The notes under the pieces were generated by a model. It worked only from the letters and a program-made list of their open reading frames with translations. It was not told where the DNA came from and did not search any database. A stretch of 64,000 bases of DNA from a bacterium UBA2214. Its GTDB lineage: Bacteria > Zhuqueibacterota > Zhuqueibacteria > Residuimicrobiales > Residuimicrobiaceae. The translations under genes and the position numbers were made by a program. Position 1 is the first letter of the stretch. Each line of letters starts with the position of its first letter. The stretch lies in assembly GCA_002327255.1 (NCBI GenBank), contig DCUM01000204.1, positions 781 to 64,780 on the forward strand, read 5' to 3'. Shown here piece after piece: positions 9,576-17,979 of the stretch.

Positions 9576-10718
9576 TTACTCAACGCGTGATTCGATCAGT
9601 GTATATTCACCGGAAGCAATTTTGGCAAGAATGGCGCGTATTTGTTCCCGCGAAATCCAGCGGCCGTTGAGCATGAAGAGTCCACTGGGCGTGAATCCAT
9701 CCAAGGCACCACCGGCCCTGAAAAAGGTTTCCAGGTCATCGCCCAGCAGCGCGCGCAACTGCGCCAGCAAGGCTTCATCGCTCAGCGCGCCCATGGCAGC
9801 GCTCGCATCGTGGACGATGAATGACCAAATCTCACTGGGCAGTTCCAGGGGCGCCCCGGAGGAGGGCGCCATGCCGGTTATCTGCCAGTAGTAAATTTTG
9901 CCCGGTTCCAGGGGCCAGGCGCCGAAGGCAGGGTAGGGATACGCCGTGACAGAAATGTATTCACCGCCGTCGCTGGAAAAAGCGCCGGCGCGCGCGGGAT
10001 CCAGGGTGAAGGTGCGTTCGAAACGAATCCGGTCCTGAATGATCTCCGCCGGACTGGCGCTGTCATGCACCCCGGGAAGTTTTTCGGCAAGGATGAGTTT
10101 ATACTGATCCATATTGGAGGTCCAACGGAAGATGGGCTGTGTACCGGTTATAACGGCGGGCGCATCGCGCTCCGCCGGCGAGCCCGGTCCGATCAAATCC
10201 AGACTGGAGGGATTGGAGACGTCGATTTCGATAAAGGTGGAGGAGAGCTCCGCATCTCCTTCGGCGGGCTTTATGACAAACGTGAAGCGGTAGATATCCG
10301 AGGGCAGTTTGCCGAGTTTGAGGACGCGATCCCGCAATTGGCTGCCGTTATCGAGAATCTGATACTCCTGCAGGGCGAACTGTTGCGCCTGGGTGAAGAG
10401 ATTCTGATTGGTGAGGCGCATCAGGGCGCCACCCGGTAACGCGAAAGGACGGGTGATGCCGGCTGCCAATTCTCCCAACCGCATGGAACTGATCCCCACC
10501 CACAGTCGCGCCGTTTGCGGCAGCGGCGAGGTGTTTTGGATGGTGAGCGCAAATATTTCATTGGCGGAAGTGCCACGTCCGCTGAGATTCAGATCACTGA
10601 GAAAAAAGACGCGCAAATCGCGCTGAATCAACTGTGCATGCACCTGCACCTGCGCCCTGGCGGCCAGCGTGGGAAACATCCAGATCATCAGGAAGATGAT
10701 CGCTTTTCGGCCATACAT
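9576..10718 (-). CDS. Secreted hypothetical protein
   Basis: ORF 9576..10730. The likely start is M5, with signal peptide MYGRKAIIFLMIWMFPTLAARAQ. It is the first gene of the minus-strand operon. No recognisable family. Confidence 0.5.
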   Translation of the reverse strand: MYGRKAIIFLMIWMFPTLAARAQVQVHAQLIQRDLRVFFLSDLNLSGRGTSANEIFALTIQNTSPLPQTARLWVGISSMRLGELAAGITRPFALPGGALMRLTNQNLFTQAQQFALQEYQILDNGSQLRDRVLKLGKLPSDIYRFTFVIKPAEGDAELSSTFIEIDVSNPSSLDLIGPGSPAERDAPAVITGTQPIFRWTSNMDQYKLILAEKLPGVHDSASPAEIIQDRIRFERTFTLDPARAGAFSSDGGEYISVTAYPYPAFGAWPLEPGKIYYWQITGMAPSSGAPLELPSEIWSFIVHDASAAMGALSDEALLAQLRALLGDDLETFFRAGGALDGFTPSGLFMLNGRWISREQIRAILAKIASGEYTLIESRVE

Positions 10719-10988
10719 AAATACCTCCATGGGTTGAGATGTTCTAGGGAGGATCTATTACAAATTAAGTGCCATAAAGTCGGAAAAATGAATATAATAG
10801 TACCAATGAGTTAGGGCGCGGGATGGGGCGGCGCGCAGCGCAGGAGTGTTCAATCCTGATTTATTGTCTCAGCCTATTACAGTGCCACGGGACGCAAAGG
10901 CTTATTGATCTTGCATTTGCCGTTGAATATGCCTACATTAGTTAACAGTGAATCATGGTAAAATATTTAACCCATCTGAACTATTTTC

Positions 10989-11759
10989 GTGAAAATCCAG
11001 GGTCATCATATCCTCATCACTGGTGCATCCAGTGGCATCGGCGCGGCGTTGGCACGCCAGTTGGCGGCTCGAGATTGCGCACTGATTTTGCTGGCACGGC
11101 GGGAGGAACAGCTGCGAGACCTCGTACAACAGCTGCCGGGCGGCCTGCAACGCCATCGCATCATCGTCTGCGACGTCAGCCGTTCTGCTGAGGTCCAAAA
11201 AGCCTGCCGGGAGATTGAAGCACTGGCGCCCCCTGTGGATGGCCTGATCCTGAACGCGGGGGTCGGAGGCGGTTTCGATGTTCGTGCCATGGATGTGGAG
11301 GCCATGCGCTATCAGTTCGAAGTCAATTTCTGGGGGAGCGCAGGTTTTCTCGCCGAATTACTGCCGGGATTTCTGCAGCGCCACAGCGGTTTTATCGCTG
11401 TCACCTCCAGCCTCGCCGCCTGGCGCGGCATGCCGCGTTCTGCGCCCTATTCAGCTTCAAAATCAGCGCTGGACCGTCTGATCGAGAGCATCCGCATCGA
11501 TTGCTGGCGTTGCGGCGTGCACATCGCGTTGATCTCTCCCGGCTTTGTAAAAACACCCATGACCGACAGGAACCGCTTCCCGATGCCGTTGATGATATCG
11601 GCCGATAAGGCAGCCCGGAAAATCATCCGGGGATTGGACAAGAAAAAACCGCACATTCGTTTTCCCTGGTACTATGTCTGCGCGATGCAACTGGTGCGAA
11701 TACTGCCCGACGGGCTCTACAGCCGCCTGATGGCGATTCGTAAAAAGTATGAACAATAG
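10989..11759 (+). CDS. Short-chain dehydrogenase/reductase (SDR)
   Basis: ITGASSGIGAALARQL (TGxxxGxG), catalytic YSASKSAL (YxxxK). Confidence 0.8.
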   Translation: MKIQGHHILITGASSGIGAALARQLAARDCALILLARREEQLRDLVQQLPGGLQRHRIIVCDVSRSAEVQKACREIEALAPPVDGLILNAGVGGGFDVRAMDVEAMRYQFEVNFWGSAGFLAELLPGFLQRHSGFIAVTSSLAAWRGMPRSAPYSASKSALDRLIESIRIDCWRCGVHIALISPGFVKTPMTDRNRFPMPLMISADKAARKIIRGLDKKKPHIRFPWYYVCAMQLVRILPDGLYSRLMAIRKKYEQ

Positions 11760-11771
11760 GCGAGACCGTAT

Positions 11772-12650
11772 ATGAACTATCGTCGTGCTGCTTTTCTCGT
11801 TAGTGTGGGGCTGATTCTGGCCTCGACCGGATGCCGTAATTCACAGCAACCCGATGACCGTGTCCTGGTTGCGGCGAGCATCGCGCCACTGGCCGATTTT
11901 ACGCGGCAAATTGGTGCGGACAAGGTCCATGTAGTGACCATCGTTCCGGGCAGCGCCAACCCGCACACCTTTGAGATAACACCGGATATCATCAGCCGTT
12001 GCAGCAAGGCCAGGGTGCTTGTCCTCAATGGCATCGGGCTTGAATTTTGGGCCGGCAAGCTCGCCAGCACCCTGCAAAATCCGGACGTGATCATCATCAC
12101 CACCGCGCAGGGCATAGCGGTTCTTGAAGACGACGATCATGCGCAAGGCAATCCACACGTTTGGCTGGATCCGGTCTATGCCAAACTGCAGGTGCAGGCT
12201 ATTTCAGACGCCCTGGTAAAGGCCGATCCCCCCCATGCCTCCCTGTACCGGCAAAACACAACACACTATCTGCAAAAACTGGATGTGCTGCACGCGCAGA
12301 TCACCGAAGAGGTGAGTACCTGGAGGCAGAGGGAATTCATCTGTTTTCATCCTTCATGGAACTATTTCGCCAACCGGTACGGCCTGGTGCAGGCGGCTGT
12401 GATCGAAAAGCGGCCCGGATTTGAGCCCAATCCGCGCGAAATGGCGGAACTCATCGAGTTGGCGCGGCGATTGCAAGTGCGCGCCATCTTCGCCGAAAAG
12501 CAATTCCCTGCAAAAATCAGTGAAACAATCGCGGCAGAATCCGCGGCGCAGGTCATCGCCCTGGATCCCCTGGGGCAGGACGGCGAAGATTTCTCCTATG
12601 AAGATCTTATACGCTATAATGTACGACAGATGGCCACCGCCATGAAGTGA
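11772..12650 (+). CDS. Metal (Zn/Mn) ABC transporter substrate-binding lipoprotein, TroA/ZnuA family
   Basis: Lipobox LILASTGC and DPHVWLDP metal-binding region. It is followed by an ATPase and a permease. Confidence 0.8.
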   Translation: MNYRRAAFLVSVGLILASTGCRNSQQPDDRVLVAASIAPLADFTRQIGADKVHVVTIVPGSANPHTFEITPDIISRCSKARVLVLNGIGLEFWAGKLASTLQNPDVIIITTAQGIAVLEDDDHAQGNPHVWLDPVYAKLQVQAISDALVKADPPHASLYRQNTTHYLQKLDVLHAQITEEVSTWRQREFICFHPSWNYFANRYGLVQAAVIEKRPGFEPNPREMAELIELARRLQVRAIFAEKQFPAKISETIAAESAAQVIALDPLGQDGEDFSYEDLIRYNVRQMATAMK

Positions 12651-13465
12651 GCACTATGTCCGCAGAAATTGTCATCGAATGTCTTCAACTCAGTGTCGCC
12701 TATCAGGACAAGCTGGCGCTGGAAGATGTGACTTTTAGCATTCATCGCAATGAATTCTGGGGCATTCTCGGCCCCAATGGTTCGGGAAAAACCACCTTGC
12801 TGAAAAGCATGCTTGGACTTCTCACGCCGGTACAGGGCACCATCCGCGTTTTCGGCGTGGCGCCGCAGAAACTGGGTCCATTGCGCGACAGGATTGGTTA
12901 TGTGCCGCAGCATTCACAAATTGATTTCAATTTTCCGCTGCAAGTGCATGAAATGGTTTTACTCGGGCGCTGCCGCAAAATGGGCCTGGGGCGGCGCGCC
13001 AGCGGCGAGGATATCGAAGCGGTTGAAAAAGCCCTGGAGCGCGTCGAGATGCAACACCTTGCGCACCGCCAGATCGGCCGGCTCAGCGGCGGGGAACGCC
13101 AACGGGCATTGATCGCCCGGGCATTGGCTCTGGAACCCGAAATACTGCTGCTCGATGAACCCACGGCGGCACTGGATGTCAGTGCCACCGAAGGCTTTTA
13201 TGAATGGCTCCATCATATGCATTCGCAACTGCATATGACCCTGGTGCTGGTTTCACACGATGTGGGCGTTGTCTCTCAATATGTCAACGCCATTGCTTGC
13301 CTCAACAAAAAGCTGGTCGCGCACGGCCGGCCAACCGATGTGCTCAATCAGGAGAGCCTCGAACAGATGTACGGGTGCGATGTCATGCTCTTTCAACACG
13401 GCAAGGTGCCTCATATGGTGGTGCCATCGCCCGCACACCATCACGAATCCCCTCACCAGGAATAG
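12647..13465 (+). CDS. Metal ABC transporter ATP-binding protein (ZnuC-like)
   Basis: Walker A GPNGSGKTT, signature LSGGERQRALIARALA. Its start overlaps the SBP stop by 4 nt. Confidence 0.85.
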   Translation: MSTMSAEIVIECLQLSVAYQDKLALEDVTFSIHRNEFWGILGPNGSGKTTLLKSMLGLLTPVQGTIRVFGVAPQKLGPLRDRIGYVPQHSQIDFNFPLQVHEMVLLGRCRKMGLGRRASGEDIEAVEKALERVEMQHLAHRQIGRLSGGERQRALIARALALEPEILLLDEPTAALDVSATEGFYEWLHHMHSQLHMTLVLVSHDVGVVSQYVNAIACLNKKLVAHGRPTDVLNQESLEQMYGCDVMLFQHGKVPHMVVPSPAHHHESPHQE

Positions 13466-13475
13466 GATACAGGTC

Positions 13476-14306
13476 TTGGATCTCTTGCACTACGCTTTCA
13501 TGCAGCGCGCCCTGCTCTCGGCAACCATCATTGGAACCGTGTGCGCGGTTATCGGTGTCTATGTCGTGCTGCGCAGCATGTCCTTCATCGGCGCCGGCAT
13601 CGCTCATGCCTCCTTCGGCGGCGTGGCGTTGGGTTTTCTTTCAGGGATCAATCCGCTCTTCACCACCATCCTCTTTTGCATCGCCACGGCATGGGGCATC
13701 GCCTTCCTCAGCGAAAAAAGGAAAATTCATGAAGACAGCGCAGTGGGCATCTTTTTTGCGTCGACCATGGCCCTCGGCATTCTTTTGATCGGATTGATGA
13801 AAGGCTATAATGCCGATTTATTCGGGTACCTTTTCGGCAATATTCTGGCGGTCAGTGCCGGTGATGTGACTTTCAGCATCATCATCGCCGTTTTGGTGCT
13901 CGGCCTGATCTGGTTCTTTTATAAAGAATTCCTGCTGATGACGTTCGATTTGGAGATGGCACAGGTGACGGGACTGCCAACCAGGTCGCTCAATCTGCTC
14001 ATGATGACCCTGATGGCGGTCACCATCGTGATCTCGATCAAGAGCGTCGGCATCGTCCTGGTCTCCGCGCTGATCGTCACACCGGCTGCCTCGGCTTACC
14101 TGTTGAGCAGCGACTTTAAATCCATGATGCGACTCTCGGTGCTCTTCGGCGTCGCTTCCTCCTGGATCGGCCTGCTCCTGTCCGTATGGCTTAATCTGGC
14201 CTCCGGTGCAACCATCGTCATGGTTGCCACGCTGCTGTTTTTCATCTGCTATTTTATTTCCGCGCAACGCAAACGTCTCAAGCAGCCGGAGCATGCCTCA
14301 TCCTGA
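13476..14306 (+). CDS. Metal ABC transporter permease (ABC-3/ZnuB-like)
   Basis: ORF 13260..14306. It overlaps the ATPase, so I use the TTG at 13476, giving M-DLLHYAFMQRALLSATIIG, a typical ZnuB N-terminus. It is polytopic and hydrophobic. Confidence 0.75.
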   Translation: MDLLHYAFMQRALLSATIIGTVCAVIGVYVVLRSMSFIGAGIAHASFGGVALGFLSGINPLFTTILFCIATAWGIAFLSEKRKIHEDSAVGIFFASTMALGILLIGLMKGYNADLFGYLFGNILAVSAGDVTFSIIIAVLVLGLIWFFYKEFLLMTFDLEMAQVTGLPTRSLNLLMMTLMAVTIVISIKSVGIVLVSALIVTPAASAYLLSSDFKSMMRLSVLFGVASSWIGLLLSVWLNLASGATIVMVATLLFFICYFISAQRKRLKQPEHASS

Positions 14307-14375
14307 TCTCATTGAGAACGAAAAAAAAAGGCTGCCCGAAAAACAGGGCAGCCTTTTTCGATTAATGGGAGCCAG

Positions 14376-15899
14376 TCATCTGGTTTGCTGGATGCTCTCG
14401 CGGACTTTTTGCGTCACCGAACGGAAGTCTATCTTGCCACTGCCCATCTTGGGCAGTTCATCGACCAGAATGAAATTTTTCGGCAGGGCGATCGTCGGCA
14501 GATCATTGGCCATCTTTTTCAGGATGTCCTTCTCATTGATGGGCGCTGTAATGGCGGCGACGATGCGGGCGCCCTTGATGGAATCGGGTATTTCCACCAC
14601 GCAGCAGGCCATGCCACTGGGCAAGTATTTTTCCAGAACACTTTCTGTGCGCACCAGCGAAATCATCTCTCCGCCGATTTTGACAAAGCGTTTCAGACGG
14701 CCGCGATGCCACAGGAAGCCATCGCTGTCGATCATGCCCATGTCGCCTGTGTCATACCAGCCGTCTTTGATGCGGAGCGAAGTCTCTTCAATATCGTCGA
14801 AATAGCCCTTCATCACCAGATCGCCTTTGACGAGGATCTTGCCCTCCTGTCCAGTGGGCATTTCATGGCCCTTATCGATGTCGACTATCTTCACCTGGAC
14901 ACTGGGCAACGGTTTGCCAATGCTTCCGGGTTTATTGGCCTCAACCGTATTCACCGATACGCCGGGACTGGTTTCGGTGGCGCCGTAGGCTTCCATCAAT
15001 TCGATGCCGTGCTTGTCGCGATAGCCCTGGCGCAGCCAGTCGGGCGTCTTGTCGGCGCTGGGCAGCATGAGACGCAGCGAGGCAAAGTCGCCGGGCTGCG
15101 ATTCGCGCAGATAACCGGCAAAAAAGATCGGTGTTCCGGCCAGCAGGGTCGCTTGTTCTTCGCGGATGATCCCGGGGACGCGTTTGTATTCGAGGGGATT
15201 GGCGAGGGTGATGTTGGTCATGCCCATGATCAGGGGCAGCCAGAAGTTGGCGTTGTGGCCGAAAACGTGAAAAAGGGGCAAAACACTCATGAAGCGCTCC
15301 TGTTCGGTGAGGTGAAAGACCTGAACAAGATCGCGGATGTTGGAACCGAAATTGGTATGGGTGAGCTGTACCCCTTTGGGATCCTTTTCGCTGCCACTGG
15401 TGAAGAGGATCACTGCCGTATCGTCTTCCTTCACCGAGGGGAGGGAGGCGATCAGCAGGGAGGCGGGAAGTTTGGAGCGCAGGGCGGCGCGCAATTTTTC
15501 GGCGACGGTGACCTGTTCGAGAATATCCTCGATGAATACCATCCCGGGGACGATGCGACAATTTATTTTCTCGATGAGGGCCTTGCTGGTGATGATGGTC
15601 TTGAAACCGCACTTGTTCTGGGCATATTCCGAGTTCTCGGCGGCGCCGGTGGAGTAGTTGATCATCACCGGCACTTTGCCGGCCATCACCACGGCGAGTG
15701 TGGAGAGGATCGACCCCGCAGAAGTGGGAATCATGATGCCGATGAACCCTTCCTTCATCTTTTTAAAACGATTGGCAAGAATCAGGGAGGCGATCAATGT
15801 TTTCGCAAAGGTCAACCTTTTCTCGGTCGTCCTGTCGATGATGGCAAGCTTGTCGCCTCTCTTTTTCGCCGTTTTGATGAACTCATGATGAAGTATCAT
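14376..15899 (-). CDS. AMP-binding enzyme, acyl-[ACP] synthetase / Aas-like acyl-activating enzyme
   Basis: AMP-binding motif ILFTSGSEKDPKGVQLTHTN. 507 aa, typical adenylate-forming fold length. Confidence 0.7.
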   Translation of the reverse strand: MILHHEFIKTAKKRGDKLAIIDRTTEKRLTFAKTLIASLILANRFKKMKEGFIGIMIPTSAGSILSTLAVVMAGKVPVMINYSTGAAENSEYAQNKCGFKTIITSKALIEKINCRIVPGMVFIEDILEQVTVAEKLRAALRSKLPASLLIASLPSVKEDDTAVILFTSGSEKDPKGVQLTHTNFGSNIRDLVQVFHLTEQERFMSVLPLFHVFGHNANFWLPLIMGMTNITLANPLEYKRVPGIIREEQATLLAGTPIFFAGYLRESQPGDFASLRLMLPSADKTPDWLRQGYRDKHGIELMEAYGATETSPGVSVNTVEANKPGSIGKPLPSVQVKIVDIDKGHEMPTGQEGKILVKGDLVMKGYFDDIEETSLRIKDGWYDTGDMGMIDSDGFLWHRGRLKRFVKIGGEMISLVRTESVLEKYLPSGMACCVVEIPDSIKGARIVAAITAPINEKDILKKMANDLPTIALPKNFILVDELPKMGSGKIDFRSVTQKVRESIQQTR

Positions 15900-16098
15900 G
15901 CGCTGTACTCCTGTCAGTGTGAATAGGATTCAAATAATAATTTGAAAGTAATTGTTAGTTATATATTTGATAGATGTAAATTGAATTTGATTCAATACAG
16001 TTTACTTAAAATAATGGTAAAGTGCAACAAAAAAAGTTGCCATTTTGGGGGCTTGTGCGGATTTGTGGCAAGCGCAGATGTGCAGAGTCTTGAGGAGG

Positions 16099-17967
16099 TC
16101 AGGGATGGGTTGAGACCTGCAGAATGCGTCCCCATCGTCCTGGAAGTAGTATTTCCGCAGCGTCACCACCGGCATCAAACCGCTCTCCGGACAACAGATC
16201 GAGGGCGGCCCCGGCGGCATGATCCAGCCTGATCGCGTGCGCTTTTGCATCACCATTCAATAAAATCAGCAATCGTTCCTGATCCGTGAAGCGTTCGAAA
16301 CAGAAGAGCTGCCGGCTGTCATCGCACAACAGGGTGCGATAAGCGCCGCGCCACAGGGCGGGATGATCGCGGCGCACCCGGATGAGTTTTCGATAATGAT
16401 CGTGCAAATCCATATCAGGTGATATGGCGATGGCTTGCGGAAAGGGCACACCCTGCGGTGACATCCGCTCCGGCTCGTGGCGGATATCCTCCCAAAGCAT
16501 GGGCTTGCGGCAGCAGGGATCGTTGGCGCCTGTCATGCCGACCTCATCGCCATAATAGATCATCGGCGCACCCACATAGGTCATCTGAAACAGGGTGATC
16601 AGGCGCAGCGTCTGCAGCTCTTCGGCATCGGGTTTGCGCATTTGCACATCCGGATGGCTGCCCTTGCTCAACTCGAAAAATGCGCCCCACTCCCGGAATG
16701 CACCCAAATCCCCGTTGACGATCAGGGAGGCTAAGCGCATGGTGTCGTGACTGTCGAGCAGATTCTGCATGACCGGGGCAACGCCCGGCGGAAACGCCTC
16801 GCGCACCAGCCGCAGCTGGCGCTCGAAGGCCGAAATGGTGATGCGATTTTTTTTGCGCATGAAGAGGTCGTGACAGGCGAAGGCGAACTGATAGTTCATC
16901 ACGGCATCGAACTCGTCGCCGAGCAGGTAGGGTTTGAGAACCTCCGGCGTATCGATCACCTCCGCGGTCAGATAGGCCTGCGGATTGATCGAGAGCACCT
17001 GCTGCCGCCAGGCCTTCCAGAAGGGATGCGCCACGCAAAAGGCCACATCCAGGCGCCAGCCATCGATGCCATCGCGCGGATCACCATCTCCGTCCGGATC
17101 CATCCAGCGCCGCGTCGCAGCGTAGATATAATCGCGCGGACCTTCAACCAGTCCCCCTTCATCTTCACGCAATTCGGGCAGCTCGGAAACGCCGAACCAT
17201 CCTTCATAGGTGAAGGGCGCATGGCGGCTTTTATGGTCCCAGGAGGTGATGGTGAACCAATCCTTATAAGCGGATGCCTGGCGCTGTTTGACGACATCCT
17301 GAAATGCCCAGCTGGTGATGCCCATGTGGTTGAAAACACCATCGAAAATAAGGTGCATGCCGCGCTGATGAACCTGGTCGATCAACTGCAGCATCAGGCG
17401 GTCGGCGCTGCTCCAGCGCCAGGTGGCGGGGTCGGCGGGATCTTCGCCGGCGATGAGGGCGCGATCACCCTGCGGATCGGGTCCGAAATGGGGGTCGATG
17501 TGATGATAGGTCGCGCCATCGTATTTATGGGAGGAGGGGGCGGCAAACACCGGATTTAAATAGAGGGCCGTGACGCCGAGATTCTGCAGATAATCGAGCT
17601 TTTCGAGGATGCCCGCCACATCACCGCCGTAGCGCCGCCGCTGCAGGTTGAACCAGATGGAATGACCATTTTTCTTTTCATAGGGCTGCAGTTCATACCA
17701 GTCGGCACCCCAGGGATGGATCTGCCAGGGCGAATGGACGTCGTGGGGATAGGCGCCTGCAAGGTCCGATAGCGCGGGATCATTTCCTCTGTCTCCGTTG
17801 CGAAAACGCTCCGGAAAGATCTGATACCAGACGGCGCGACGTGCCCATTCAGGTCCCCAGTTGCCGTCTGCTGTAAAAGCGGGATAATCCACCTGCGCAG
17901 GCGTGAGGCTGAACACCGCCATGAGGACTCCATAAATAATAAAAACAACGGTTAAAAAAGGCATCAA
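16099..17967 (-). CDS. Glycoside hydrolase family 13 (alpha-amylase family) enzyme, secreted
   Basis: Signal peptide, then GH13 conserved regions: GVTALYLNPVF...YDGATYHHIDP, GWRLDVAFCV (nucleophile Asp), YLTAEVID (acid/base Glu), LLDSHDTMR. Confidence 0.8.
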   Translation of the reverse strand: MMPFLTVVFIIYGVLMAVFSLTPAQVDYPAFTADGNWGPEWARRAVWYQIFPERFRNGDRGNDPALSDLAGAYPHDVHSPWQIHPWGADWYELQPYEKKNGHSIWFNLQRRRYGGDVAGILEKLDYLQNLGVTALYLNPVFAAPSSHKYDGATYHHIDPHFGPDPQGDRALIAGEDPADPATWRWSSADRLMLQLIDQVHQRGMHLIFDGVFNHMGITSWAFQDVVKQRQASAYKDWFTITSWDHKSRHAPFTYEGWFGVSELPELREDEGGLVEGPRDYIYAATRRWMDPDGDGDPRDGIDGWRLDVAFCVAHPFWKAWRQQVLSINPQAYLTAEVIDTPEVLKPYLLGDEFDAVMNYQFAFACHDLFMRKKNRITISAFERQLRLVREAFPPGVAPVMQNLLDSHDTMRLASLIVNGDLGAFREWGAFFELSKGSHPDVQMRKPDAEELQTLRLITLFQMTYVGAPMIYYGDEVGMTGANDPCCRKPMLWEDIRHEPERMSPQGVPFPQAIAISPDMDLHDHYRKLIRVRRDHPALWRGAYRTLLCDDSRQLFCFERFTDQERLLILLNGDAKAHAIRLDHAAGAALDLLSGERFDAGGDAAEILLPGRWGRILQVSTHP

Positions 17968-17979
17968 TCCCCCACCCGT

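Noticed and set aside
15942-16232. 96-aa ORF in the AT-rich region between the AMP-binding gene and GH13
   Set aside because: It overlaps the GH13 3' end in another frame, has no RBS and has a low-complexity product. The region is better explained as the promoter of the minus-strand AMP-binding gene.
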